From: an uncultured Chloroflexia bacterium | Lineage (GTDB): Bacteria; Chloroflexota; Anaerolineae; JAAYZQ01 | DNA: 64,000 nt | Assembly: GCA_963700285.1 (NCBI GenBank) | Contig: CAVOXA010000015.1 | Location: 96,001-160,000 of the forward strand | Direction: 5' to 3' | Shown: piece by piece, positions 1-9,935 of the stretch | Layout of the letters: the number at the start of each line of letters is the position of its first letter | Numbering within the stretch: the first letter of the stretch is position 1 | Made by a program: the position numbers and the translations under genes | The notes under the pieces: model-generated | Told to the model about the DNA's origin: nothing | Seen by the model: the letters and a program-made list of their open reading frames with translations, nothing else | Databases searched by the model: none

Positions 1-156
1 CCCAGGGGCCGTAGCGCTCAATCGTCCCTGTTGTTCGCCCTGTTGGGTGCTGAGGAACCCGTTGCAGAGATGTCAAGACGGACTCCAATCCGAGAGTACA
101 CCTTCCATACCACTAGCAGAGCGGCACGAACACGATCATCCCATGCGTCCATTCAA

Positions 157-192
157 CGAGAGCCCCCCACCATATTCGACGGGGGGCTCTCG
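157..192 (-). terminator. Strong hairpin downstream of the 210..1895 gene (terminator or stabiliser)
   Basis: CGAGAGCCCCCC (157-168) and GGGGGGCTCTCG (181-192) form a perfect 12-bp inverted repeat 17 nt after the stop; the U-tract is weak. Confidence 0.55.
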
Positions 193-209
193 GTGCTAGT
201 GTGTCACGG

Positions 210-1895
210 TCAATCCAGTGGCTCGACCTTCACATCATCGAAATTGACGACCGCATACACGGGCTCGCTTCCGTAGGCGTACAGCCCAATGGTACCCGTT
301 CGAAAGACCGAGCCCACGGTATCTGTAAAGTCGATGGCCAACTCGCCGTCAACATAGCCTTTGATATTATTGCCCCTGACCTCCACAGTGAGCTCGGCCC
401 ATGTCCCTTTTTCCACATTGGCGGTTTCCAAGTGAAACTCCTCGAGCAAAAAGGGATTCTGATAGTGGTACCAATAGTAGTCGTGGATTTCATCCCCATG
501 CTCTTCCACCGTACGCAACTGCCAGAGCCTGGCCGTATCTCGCTCATCGTCACGAACCTTGACGGTGAAATAGTATCCGGTCAGCCACTGTCCATCCTGC
601 TCGGAATCCCGGTACGTCCCTCGGAGCCAGATGCCGGCCTGCCGGCCACCAAGCATATTAAACCATACCGAGTAGCGGTAGTCGGTCCATTCCTCCGAGC
701 CCTCGCCCAGGTACATGCTCAGGGCGTCGTGAGCGAACCACTTTTCCAAGTCTGCCCTCATCGCGTTGAGGGTGTAAGCGTCGCTCCCATGGCGGCCGGC
801 TCCCCGGTCCCAAAACCACATGTCCTCGTTCGCTCGCTTTGCGTTCGTGTACGCCGTCCACTCGCCAATGCCATCTTCAAAGCCATCCTCGAAGGCGCTG
901 GGCTGTTTGACCTGGACCGTGGCCTCGGCAGGCTTTTCCGGCGGGAATCCAACCAAGGTTGTGGCTGTCACGCTGTTGGTAAAAGCCCCACCGTCGGCGC
1001 CAGCCTTTGCCTTGTAGATCAGTTTCACCTCAGCCTTGGGCGCTACGTCCCTGTCTGCGTTCCAGACGATAGTGCCGGTGGTCCCAGCCGGTGCCGTCAT
1101 GATGTCGCTGCCGGTAACCATGGAATCAAAGGTGAAACCCTCCGGCAGCGCGTCCGAGATTCTGTCCAACTTGCCGGGTAGATCGCCTTCATTGCGCAGC
1201 AGAACTGTATAGGTAACCATCTCGTCTACGTTCAATTGCGTGGGTGAGGCGCTCTTGGCAATGGAGAAATTTGCGTAACTAAAGCTCCGGCGTATCATCG
1301 GCAGAAAAAAATAGCGCTTGTCCACCTGCACGGTGGCTGAAGCCGGGCCTACAGTTTGGCCATCTACGACCGCTATCACCGTATTGGCAGCGTTTGGCGC
1401 ACTGCCACCCGCATTCACCCTGTAGATCAGCGTCAGGCTGTCCTTGGCCGGCACCTCAAAGGGTCCATCCCAGACGATGTTACCGGTAGTTCCAGTCGGA
1501 GCCTGCTGAATGTCGCTGCCGTCATCAATGGCAACGAACGAGAAGCCAGCGGGCAGCGTATCCTGTATCTCCTCCAGCATGCCATCATCCCGGCCCTTGT
1601 TTGCAAACGTCACAGTGTAAACCACAGAGTCGCCCGCTGAGATCCGTGCTGGTTGGACATCCTTGTCTACCTCAATGTCAGTTGCAGCAGCCGCCACATC
1701 GACCGAATTCAGGCCGCTAGCAACGCTATCATACTCCGGTCCCTGTCCAGCAGCGCCTTGGGCAACACCCCCACCCGTCGCCACAGTTAGCACCAACATC
1801 ATGATGGAGATCGCCAATCCTCTTCGCTTGAACGCTTTCAACAAAATCCTCCCCAGACCTATATTTGCCTCCACAGAGTAGAACGCACTATCCAC
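210..1895 (-). CDS. Secreted protein with two DUF11-like Ig repeats and a C-terminal DUF1080/concanavalin-like beta-sandwich domain
   Basis: Hydrophobic N-terminal segment; two repeats of the K...V.YTV...N.G...I.D.LP.GF.F pattern; C-terminal W..L.VEVRGNNIKGYVDG...GTIGL...FDDVKV; AGGAG RBS before GTG. Confidence 0.7.
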   Translation of the reverse strand: MDSAFYSVEANIGLGRILLKAFKRRGLAISIMMLVLTVATGGGVAQGAAGQGPEYDSVASGLNSVDVAAAATDIEVDKDVQPARISAGDSVVYTVTFANKGRDDGMLEEIQDTLPAGFSFVAIDDGSDIQQAPTGTTGNIVWDGPFEVPAKDSLTLIYRVNAGGSAPNAANTVIAVVDGQTVGPASATVQVDKRYFFLPMIRRSFSYANFSIAKSASPTQLNVDEMVTYTVLLRNEGDLPGKLDRISDALPEGFTFDSMVTGSDIMTAPAGTTGTIVWNADRDVAPKAEVKLIYKAKAGADGGAFTNSVTATTLVGFPPEKPAEATVQVKQPSAFEDGFEDGIGEWTAYTNAKRANEDMWFWDRGAGRHGSDAYTLNAMRADLEKWFAHDALSMYLGEGSEEWTDYRYSVWFNMLGGRQAGIWLRGTYRDSEQDGQWLTGYYFTVKVRDDERDTARLWQLRTVEEHGDEIHDYYWYHYQNPFLLEEFHLETANVEKGTWAELTVEVRGNNIKGYVDGELAIDFTDTVGSVFRTGTIGLYAYGSEPVYAVVNFDDVKVEPLD

Positions 1896-1914
1896 AATCT
1901 CCTGTAACGCCAGA

Positions 1915-2745
1915 CTACTGGCTGCTGGACGTTACCTGGGTGACTGTAATATTGTCGTAAACCGCCCTCGACCTGTAGGCCGACAAGCCAACAGTACCTT
2001 GCATATACATTGCCTGTGGGTCGGTCCAGTTGAGCACCAACCTATAAGCACTTGCCGGCTCGTCTCGTTCCTTGAGCCAGGCCTGGATATTGGCCCCCTG
2101 TACTCTCACCCTAAGGGAGTACCACCCCGTCCCAATACCAGGTGCGTATGTGACCGCTCGAACCAACTGTGCATTGTCGAGATTTGTAGCACCCGGATTG
2201 AGACGCCACAGGTTTATCTCATTAGTTCTGCGCTTGAGGTGTACATAGTAGCCACCGACGCGACCAGTTTCCTCGTAACTGCCGCGAAGCCATAGGCCAT
2301 TCAGTCCCCCCTTCTTACTTCCGGCTTGTGCTGACTTGACAATGGCCACGACCTCGTAGTCAGCCCATAGCTCAGATCCTGGACCCAGGTACATGGACAG
2401 TCCCCACCAATCATCGGCGTCCGTTTCTTCACTATCGTAATTGTACCAATAGATTCCCAAACCTTCATCCTGCCTCCAGTCTTCGCCATGATACGGGTAG
2501 ACCGTCCAATGGGGGGACATGTTCGAACCAAAGCCATCGGCGAACGGTAAGGTTGTGGCAGGCTTCATGCTTGCCACAAGAGGAAGGAAGGCGGTCTCGC
2601 CCTTATCCAAGGCGTGCAAGGGCTGGCCATCGCCTTGTGCAGCGCCAATGACCACAGAGAACCCGAGCGTAATGAACACAGACAACGTCACCAACCACAC
2701 TTTTACAGCCTGTTTGCCAAATCCCATTGCATCCTCCATACCCAT
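1915..2745 (-). CDS. Secreted DUF1080/lectin-like domain protein, paralogous to the C-terminal domain of the downstream gene
   Basis: Signal peptide; shared motifs LSMYLG.GSE.W.DY, G.WLRG.Y, GT.GL.AY, DN/DD..V. Confidence 0.7.
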   Translation of the reverse strand: MGMEDAMGFGKQAVKVWLVTLSVFITLGFSVVIGAAQGDGQPLHALDKGETAFLPLVASMKPATTLPFADGFGSNMSPHWTVYPYHGEDWRQDEGLGIYWYNYDSEETDADDWWGLSMYLGPGSELWADYEVVAIVKSAQAGSKKGGLNGLWLRGSYEETGRVGGYYVHLKRRTNEINLWRLNPGATNLDNAQLVRAVTYAPGIGTGWYSLRVRVQGANIQAWLKERDEPASAYRLVLNWTDPQAMYMQGTVGLSAYRSRAVYDNITVTQVTSSSQ

Positions 2746-3100
2746 TCTAACAGATTCTCCTGCACATCCCCACTTCCTGCTAGCATCTCGACCCGTTTGA
2801 GCACGACAGATCCGGCAATGCTGCGCAATTCAGGGCGTCACAGACCAATTTCAGCACGCGCCGCACTTTATCCCAGGAAAAGATGAGGCCAAGAGCGCTA
2901 GGAGAGGAAATTGCCACCTACTCGAAGATGCCGGACAAGTGCTAGCGGTAACAAGCGCTGCAACTCGCTGTCTGATCTGAAACGCGGGAAATTATACCAT
3001 ACAAGAAAGTGGTGGTCAATGTTCTCCTTCAGCATCACTTTGCCGTGGCCCTGTCCAAGCACATCCCAAGAGCAAAGCACACTGCTAGGAAGGGACATGG

Positions 3101-3409
3101 CTATGATAGTGCTTGCCGGATCATCTCCTCCGAGGGTAAGGGCGAAAAGCGGCCATCCTCCAGGCGATAGATGCGGCAGGTAAGGGCTGTGCCCATTTGT
3201 TCCGCACCAGACGGGTCCACGTCGTCACCACCGATGCGAATAGTGGGCGACCCAGGAAAGCTCAGGACTTTGGCATCCTCATTGGTTAGCACTTCGATCA
3301 GCTCGATGGGCGACTGGACTCCCATCTCCGCCATCACCTTTCGCAGGCGTTCCAATGCCTCAGGATGCGAAGGGCAGTCCTGCCAAAAAAGAAACTCTAT
3401 GAGAGGCAT
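3101..3409 (-). CDS. Small thioredoxin-fold protein (DUF2703/'DF family'-like)
   Basis: IEFLFWQDCPSH, FPGSPTIRIGGDDVDP and CRIY motifs. Confidence 0.75.
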   Translation of the reverse strand: MPLIEFLFWQDCPSHPEALERLRKVMAEMGVQSPIELIEVLTNEDAKVLSFPGSPTIRIGGDDVDPSGAEQMGTALTCRIYRLEDGRFSPLPSEEMIRQALS

Positions 3410-3637
3410 GTATATGCCCCTACTACACTTGAACTCTCTGGCATAAGATTCATAGAGATAAATCCTCCCATAAGTTCAAAGATCTGTTGGCCTGGACGAC
3501 ATGGAGAGAGCCTTTTTTGGTGACTTGGCCCATGCTTCAGTTGTCAGTATAGCACAAAGCCGCCTTTCCCTCAACCTATAATAGCTATCAGACCTGAGGC
3601 GCGCGCGTGGGTTTCCGGGTGCAATCTGAGAACGAAC

Positions 3638-3666
3638 TTGACATTTGGATGTAGTCCAGGTATAGT
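3638..3666 (+). promoter_or_regulatory. Sigma70-type promoter for rodZ, probably producing a leaderless mRNA
   Basis: TTGACA-17 nt-TATAGT, with the GTG start 7 nt after the -10. Confidence 0.6.
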
Positions 3667-3673
3667 TGAGAGC

Positions 3674-4756
3674 GTGACTGAGGACAATGTGCGCCCCCTG
3701 GGCGAATGGCTGCGGGATCGCAGAGAGGAACTAGACATCAGCCTGGAGCAGGCTGATGCGGAAACGCGTATCCGCGCCCGGTATCTGGAGGCCCTGGAAG
3801 CCGAGGACCTGGAGGCGCTGCCGAACAAGGTAGTCGCGCGCGGGTTTTTACGCAACTATGCCATCTACCTCGAACTGGATCCCCAGCAAGCGCTTGACCG
3901 CTACGCGACAGTCGCCGGACCCTCCGAGACTGAATCACTGGCCGTCTCCGAGTCATCTCCGTTCGACTCTGAGACATTCCAGCCCGTCCCTCTCCACGAG
4001 ATGCCCGGCCAAGGCTCAAGATGGTGGCTGCCTGTCGGTCTGCTGGTGATCTTGGTCGTAGTCCTTGCCCTGCTGGTCTGGCAGGGATATCCCTACATCA
4101 GCGACTGGCTACCCAGCATACAAGTCAACGAGGTGCCTCCTCCCACCGAGCGCGTGGTAAATGCGGTTCTGCCAAGCGTGACCCATACATCCACGGCGAC
4201 GATTGCCATGGCAACGGCTGCAACGACAGTCGTAGCAACCGCACCGGGGGCCACAACGCCCGAGCAGTCGACGCCCACCCAAGAACTGACTCCGGCGCCA
4301 ACCTTGACGCTCACGCCGACGCCACCACCGTCGCCTTCACCCACGCCCACCGACCCAGTCTACACTGGCGTTTTTCTTGAACTGCTCTTTAATGACATTT
4401 CTTGGATCCAGATCACTGTGGATGAGATACGCCAGTTCCAGGGCGAACTCGAAGCCGGCACATACCGATCATGGTATGGAGAAGAACGCATCGAGTTGCG
4501 CGTTGGTAACGCGGGGGTGGTCGATGTCACGGTGAATGGTCAAAAGATGGGTCCTCTGGGAGAACCTGGTGATGTCGTCGACCGTATCTTTGAGGTGGTG
4601 GATGATCAGGTGATCGAGGCTACCCCTACTCGCGCACCAACGCTGGCAGCCCCTGAGCTTGCCGCCACGGCCGCGGCTCCCGGCCCGGCGCCGACGGAAC
4701 CTCCCATCGTGACCATCGCGCCCACGGCAACAATTACAGCCACCGCTCGTCCCTAG
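3674..4756 (+). CDS. rodZ: RodZ-like protein (HTH, TM helix, Thr/Pro-rich linker, DUF4115)
   Basis: LGEWLRDRRE...TRIRARYLEALE...RGFLRNYA.YL.LD HTH; one TM helix; SWIQITVD...LRVGNAGVV.VTVNG domain. Confidence 0.85.
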   Translation: MTEDNVRPLGEWLRDRREELDISLEQADAETRIRARYLEALEAEDLEALPNKVVARGFLRNYAIYLELDPQQALDRYATVAGPSETESLAVSESSPFDSETFQPVPLHEMPGQGSRWWLPVGLLVILVVVLALLVWQGYPYISDWLPSIQVNEVPPPTERVVNAVLPSVTHTSTATIAMATAATTVVATAPGATTPEQSTPTQELTPAPTLTLTPTPPPSPSPTPTDPVYTGVFLELLFNDISWIQITVDEIRQFQGELEAGTYRSWYGEERIELRVGNAGVVDVTVNGQKMGPLGEPGDVVDRIFEVVDDQVIEATPTRAPTLAAPELAATAAAPGPAPTEPPIVTIAPTATITATARP

Positions 4757-4803
4757 ACCTCAAGGGGCTTGGTGGTTGACTCTGACCTACGGAGGCTCCT
4801 CAC

Positions 4804-5556
4804 ATGGCCAGCAAGCAACAGCCTATCGTCGGCATAACCTGCGATGGGATTCAACCGACACATAGCCACCATCCCCCCCGTGTGGGACAGAACCAAACCT
4901 ACGTCAATGCCCTGATCAGGGCTGGCGCGGCCCCTATGTTACTGCCTAACGTGGTAGACAAAGAGCTACTACGAGTTCTCTACGAGAGCCTGGATGGCCT
5001 GTTATTGTCAGGAGGAGGAGACATCGATCCCGCCCGCTACGACGAATCCATCCATGAGAAGTGTGGCCGCATCGATGCCGAGCGCGACGAAGCGGAACTG
5101 ACGCTGGCACGGTGGGCCATCGAGGATGGTAAGCCACTGCTGGCCATCTGCCGGGGCATCCAGATCATGAATGTTGCTTTGGGCGGCAGCCTCTACCAGG
5201 ATATCCACGCCCAGGTGCCGGACTCTTTGGAGCACACTTGGTACCCTGAACATCCGCGTCAGCATCGATCTCACACGGTCGCAGTTTCCTCAGGAACACG
5301 TCTGGCCCAGATACTTGGGGAGGCATCTGTACCAGTCAATAGCCTGCATCACCAGGCTCTCAAGGATCTGGCCCCTCTGCTGACTGTTTCGGCTCGCGCC
5401 TCAGACCAGGTAGTGGAAGCAGTCGAACTAGGCAACCTTTCTCATGACGGCTATCCTTTTGCCCTGGGCGTCCAGTGGCACCCGGAGGAGCTGGCTCCCG
5501 ATGACCTGCGGCAGCAAGGGCTCTTTGACTCCTTGGTCGAGTCGTGCAAGCACTGA
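4804..5556 (+). CDS. Gamma-glutamyl-gamma-aminobutyrate hydrolase family protein (peptidase C26, class I glutamine amidotransferase)
   Basis: LLLSGGGDIDP, LAICRGIQ, VNSLHHQ and GVQWHPE motifs. Confidence 0.9.
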   Translation: MASKQQPIVGITCDGIQPTHSHHPPRVGQNQTYVNALIRAGAAPMLLPNVVDKELLRVLYESLDGLLLSGGGDIDPARYDESIHEKCGRIDAERDEAELTLARWAIEDGKPLLAICRGIQIMNVALGGSLYQDIHAQVPDSLEHTWYPEHPRQHRSHTVAVSSGTRLAQILGEASVPVNSLHHQALKDLAPLLTVSARASDQVVEAVELGNLSHDGYPFALGVQWHPEELAPDDLRQQGLFDSLVESCKH

Positions 5557-5867
5557 TCGACACCATCCTCCGGGTTCTATGTCCACGTCAAAAACCGAGG
5601 ACAACGTTTCGCGCATCACACATGGGCCATACTATTTCCAGCTCGGGTGATCACCACCCCGTGCGTAGCCCTGTAGGCTGGCTTGTGGGTAGGGCTCGAT
5701 AGTGCGCATCCTTTCCGCCTGTTCTGCGATATATTGGTGAATGGTCCATGCTCAGCAGCATGGGCCGACCCAATACCTCCTGGCAGTCTGCCAGGCCAGC
5801 CCGCCGTAATTGGGAAACCAAGAATCTGACCTCATGCGATTGGGGGCAACATGGAGAGCAGCAGCCT

Positions 5868-8800
5868 ATGAACCCACCAGACCGGATTCAGGAGCGCATT
5901 GCTGAGCTTGAGGCCGTCAACATGCAGCTTCAAAAGGAAAACGCCCGATACGCGCAGGTGGAGGCCAAGGTTCAGCGCCGGTTGCAGGAAGCAACGCTCA
6001 TCAACCAGATCTCAACCCATATCGCCCTAGCTGAGGATATGGTCGCGGCTCTGCAAAGCGTGTGTACGGAGATGGCGCGCTTTCTGGGGGTTCCCCAGGC
6101 AGGGTTTGCCCTGCTCAGCCCAGATGGCTCGACGGCCAAGGTAGTCGCAGATTTTCATCCCTCCGGCAGCCCGAGCGCAATGGGAGCAGAGATTCCAGTG
6201 GCGGGCAACCCATCCATGGCCTATGTGCTGGACCACAAAGCCCCGGTCACGGCCAGCGATGCCCAAGCAGACCTCAGACTGGCGCCAGTACATGAGATCA
6301 TGCGTCGGCGCAAGGTCGCGTCGATCCTCATCGTTCCGATTATTGCAGACCGTGATGTCATTGGTACGCTTGGCTTCGACAGCTTCGAAAGACGGGTATT
6401 CAGCCAATCGGATATTGAGCTTGTCCAGCATGTTGCCAATCAGGTCAGTCAGGTACTTCTCCGCAAGCGGGCTGAGGAGGCGCTACAGGCCAGCGAGGAA
6501 GCTGCCAAAGCGCTCCTGAATGCGACCACCGACGTGCTCATGCTGACAGACCTGGACGGTATCATCCTTGAAGCCAATGAGACAGCCGCTCGCAGGTTTG
6601 ACCTGAGCCTGGATGAGTTTGTGGGGTCCTGCATCTGGGATCTGATGCCGCCAGATATCGCCATGCAGAGAATTGCACACGCGAACAAGATCCTTCAGTC
6701 GGGGAAGCTGGTTCGCTTTGAGGATGCGCGATCTGGTCTATGGTTTGACAATGTTGTTCACCCTGTGGTCGATGCCCAAGGTACCATCACCCGGTTTGCG
6801 GTTTTTGCCCGCGACATGACCGAACGCAAACTGATGGAGGAAGCGCTCAGAAATTCGGAGGGCAGACTGAGTAGCCTGCTCTCCACCATGGTAGACTTTG
6901 TTTTTGCGCTGGACAAGGAAGGCATCTTTACTTTCTACCACGCTCCCCGTACAGACGATCTATATCTTCCACCGCACGAGTTCTTGGGCAAGTCTTTCAC
7001 AGAGGTGCTTCCCCCTCACATGCACGAGTCGCTCGTGGAGGCGCGAAGCAAGAACCGAAGCGGTCAAGTGGCCGAGTACGAGTACCAGATCGAGTTGGGC
7101 AGCGGGCTCAGATGGTTCTCGGCAAAACTGTCCCCGGTATTGGTGGATGGTGAGTACCATGGCTCCGTTGCCGTGGCCAGAGAGATCACCGAGCACAAAA
7201 AGATGGAGGAATTGCTGCGCCACTCTTTGGAAGAGACGGCTCGCGGTCAGCAGATGTTGCTCGCGCTGAGCAATGCGGCCCAGGACGTACAACGCGCCAG
7301 GACGCCCGACGAGATCTATCGCGCCATCGGAGAGGGAATCGTCAGTCTTGGCTACGATGTTGCAGTCTTTACCTTCACCTCCGACCGGACGTACCTGATC
7401 CCTGTTCACATGACCTATGATCCAGGCGCCCTCCAAGCGGCTGCAGAGATCACGGGCTTTATGCCCCAAGAGCACCAATTGCCGGTGGTACCTGGGGGGC
7501 TTGTCGAGCAAGTGATTGCGGCAAAAAAGGCAGTTTTTAGTCCAGAGCCCGACCGGTACATTTCTCAGGTACTGGCAGCTTCGGTGGATCCGTCCCTCAA
7601 AAAGTTGACATCTTCCATGGGAGTCGAGCGGGTCATCCATGCCCCACTGGTGATCGGTGATGAGATCCACGGTCTGCTTGTCGTCACGGGTCCTGATCTG
7701 AGGGAGGCAGACACACAGGCCGTGAACGTATTTGCCGGCCAGGCAGCCATCGCCCTGGTGAATGCGCAGCAGTTCCAAGAGACCCGGAGCTGGACGGCTG
7801 AATTGGAGCGACGTGTCGCCGAGCGAACCGGAGAACTCGGAGCTGCCAATATGGAGCTTGAAACCGCACTGGCTGAGCGCAAACAGGTGGAGGAAGCAGT
7901 ACTTCGCTCCAGAGCGGAAGCGCTTCGAAGTCACCGGTTACTATTGGCCCTTAGCCAGGCCGCCGAGCGGGTGCAGCGCGCCCGCACACCCGAGGAGGTG
8001 TACCAGACAGTTGGCGACGAGGTAGCCAGGTTGGGATACCGGGTCATCTTTTTGGCATTGACTGACGACCAGACTCATCTGTTCCTATCCTATCTGACCA
8101 TCCAATTGCCAACCCTTGAGGAAGCCGAAGGATTGTCTGCCAGCCTGCCGGCGCAAGGTCTCCAGATCCCGTTCTCGCAGGATGATCCCTTCCAGAAGAT
8201 CATCACCAAGAATGAGAGCGTCTATTTTGAACGAACCGCTGAACGCCTCACCAGGGATTTTCCCAAGCTGCCGCGCAGGTCGCTGGACCAAATGGTGGCT
8301 GTTTTGGGTACCGATAGGTCCATCTTTGCTCCGCTGAGCATAGATGGCAAACCGCACGGTCTGCTGGCCGTCACCGGCCCAGATCTGACGGAGGTAGACC
8401 TGCCCACCATCACCCTCTTTGCCAACCGGGCAGCCATCGCTATCGAGAATGCCCGGTTGGTGGGGCAACTGACCACCGGCCGCCAGCAGCTGCAGCAACT
8501 CGCTCGCCAGGTAGTTTCCGCTCAGGAGGATGAGCGTCAGAGGCTGTCTCGCGCACTCCACGACGAGGCAGGTCAAGCGCTGACTGCTCTCAAAATCAGC
8601 CTCAACTTGATCGGAGAAGACTTGCCCGACAATGATGCTACGCTTCACCGACGGATCAAAGACGCCATAGCCGTGACCGATACCACCATGGAACGGATCC
8701 GGATGCTGGCTCAAGGCCTGCGCCCTCCAGCTCTTGACGCCGTGGGTTTGAACCATACCCTGGAAAGCCTGTGCCAAGATTTTGGCGAACGCATACAGCT

Positions 8801-9185
8801 TCCCATTTATTACCGCGGCATGGAATTGCCCTGGCCGTCCGGGTCGATAAATATCGTTCTATACCGGTTCGTTCAGGAAGCACTGACAAACGTAGCCAAA
8901 CATGCCAGAGCAGAACGGGTCTCAGTCGTATTGCATCACAATACCCAAACGATCTGGCTGTCAGTAGAGGATGATGGGCAAGGATTTGACCCTCGGTCCC
9001 AAGCAGCCCGCCCAGGCTGTTCGACGGGCATTGGCCTTTTGGGCATGCAGGAGCGGATCGAATCGTTGGGCGGTCGATTAGAAATCGAGTCCCAACCTGG
9101 CCAGGGCAGCCGTTTGGTCGCTCATGTTCCACTGCAGGAGGCAGAAATTGACACTGGAACCATGCATACGCCTAGTCCTCGCTGA
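5868..9185 (+). CDS. Cytoplasmic GAF-PAS-PAS-GAF-GAF sensor histidine kinase (HisKA_3/NarX type)
   Basis: ERQRLSRALHDEAGQ H-box, QEALTNVAKHA, DDGQGFD, GIGLLGMQER; start placed at the ATG after a GGAGAG RBS. Confidence 0.9.
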   Translation: MNPPDRIQERIAELEAVNMQLQKENARYAQVEAKVQRRLQEATLINQISTHIALAEDMVAALQSVCTEMARFLGVPQAGFALLSPDGSTAKVVADFHPSGSPSAMGAEIPVAGNPSMAYVLDHKAPVTASDAQADLRLAPVHEIMRRRKVASILIVPIIADRDVIGTLGFDSFERRVFSQSDIELVQHVANQVSQVLLRKRAEEALQASEEAAKALLNATTDVLMLTDLDGIILEANETAARRFDLSLDEFVGSCIWDLMPPDIAMQRIAHANKILQSGKLVRFEDARSGLWFDNVVHPVVDAQGTITRFAVFARDMTERKLMEEALRNSEGRLSSLLSTMVDFVFALDKEGIFTFYHAPRTDDLYLPPHEFLGKSFTEVLPPHMHESLVEARSKNRSGQVAEYEYQIELGSGLRWFSAKLSPVLVDGEYHGSVAVAREITEHKKMEELLRHSLEETARGQQMLLALSNAAQDVQRARTPDEIYRAIGEGIVSLGYDVAVFTFTSDRTYLIPVHMTYDPGALQAAAEITGFMPQEHQLPVVPGGLVEQVIAAKKAVFSPEPDRYISQVLAASVDPSLKKLTSSMGVERVIHAPLVIGDEIHGLLVVTGPDLREADTQAVNVFAGQAAIALVNAQQFQETRSWTAELERRVAERTGELGAANMELETALAERKQVEEAVLRSRAEALRSHRLLLALSQAAERVQRARTPEEVYQTVGDEVARLGYRVIFLALTDDQTHLFLSYLTIQLPTLEEAEGLSASLPAQGLQIPFSQDDPFQKIITKNESVYFERTAERLTRDFPKLPRRSLDQMVAVLGTDRSIFAPLSIDGKPHGLLAVTGPDLTEVDLPTITLFANRAAIAIENARLVGQLTTGRQQLQQLARQVVSAQEDERQRLSRALHDEAGQALTALKISLNLIGEDLPDNDATLHRRIKDAIAVTDTTMERIRMLAQGLRPPALDAVGLNHTLESLCQDFGERIQLPIYYRGMELPWPSGSINIVLYRFVQEALTNVAKHARAERVSVVLHHNTQTIWLSVEDDGQGFDPRSQAARPGCSTGIGLLGMQERIESLGGRLEIESQPGQGSRLVAHVPLQEAEIDTGTMHTPSPR

Positions 9186-9816
9186 CGATCACCATCTGGT
9201 GCGTCAAGGCATCCGCGCACTGCTTGAAAAGTCGGAGGACATCCAGGTCGTCGGCGAAGCATCCAATGGTCGCGAAGCCGTCGAGTTGGTAGAGCAATTG
9301 ACCCCGGACGTTTTGGTCATGGACATAGCCATGCCTCGCCTGGACGGCATCCAGGCGATCGAGCAAGTTCTGGCCGCGAACGCGGATACCCAGATCGTCG
9401 TTCTATCGATGTACTCTGACAAGGCGCTGGTACGGCAGGCGCTGAAGAATGGTGCGAGCGGCTATTTGCTCAAGGCCTCAGTTGTAGAGGAACTCTTGCT
9501 GGCTGTGCGCGCGGCCAGCAAAGGAGAGATTTACCTGAGCCCGGCTGTTTCGCGTTCCATCCTGGCCGATTTGATCGCAGCTCCCACCAGCACCGGAGTA
9601 CCCGATCCTTTTGAGCAGTTGACGCCGCGGGAACGTGAGGTATTGCAGCTCATCGCCGAAGGTCATACAAACTCAGCGATTGCCCAGCAACTAAAAGTCA
9701 GCGCAAAAACGGTCGAGAAGCACCGGACAGGCCTGATGGCCAAGCTCAATGTGCACAACCTGTCCGAACTGATACGCGCTGCAATCAAGCAGAGGCTCGT
9801 ATTCTTTGACGAATGA
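9148..9816 (+). CDS. NarL/LuxR-family response regulator
   Basis: LADDHHLVR, DVLVMDIAMP, LTPREREVLQLIAEG HTH; TTG start after AGGAGG, overlapping the kinase 3' end. Confidence 0.92.
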   Translation: MTLEPCIRLVLADDHHLVRQGIRALLEKSEDIQVVGEASNGREAVELVEQLTPDVLVMDIAMPRLDGIQAIEQVLAANADTQIVVLSMYSDKALVRQALKNGASGYLLKASVVEELLLAVRAASKGEIYLSPAVSRSILADLIAAPTSTGVPDPFEQLTPREREVLQLIAEGHTNSAIAQQLKVSAKTVEKHRTGLMAKLNVHNLSELIRAAIKQRLVFFDE

Positions 9817-9935
9817 TCGGCCTGGGGCGCAAGGCTGCCGCGACTCTGCTCCTGGGCTATTTCTCGTTCAGCTTCTACGCACGCCAATGGTCTCTGGGGA
9901 GGGAACTTGGCTTGAATTGTAGAATAGATGGCGTT

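Noticed and set aside
1-76. Possible minus-strand CDS start (TTG at 76, MTSLQRVPQHP...) running off the window
   Set aside because: Too short to support without the flanking sequence
3101-3409. Possible selenoprotein
   Set aside because: The redox position is a TGC Cys codon and there is no in-frame TGA
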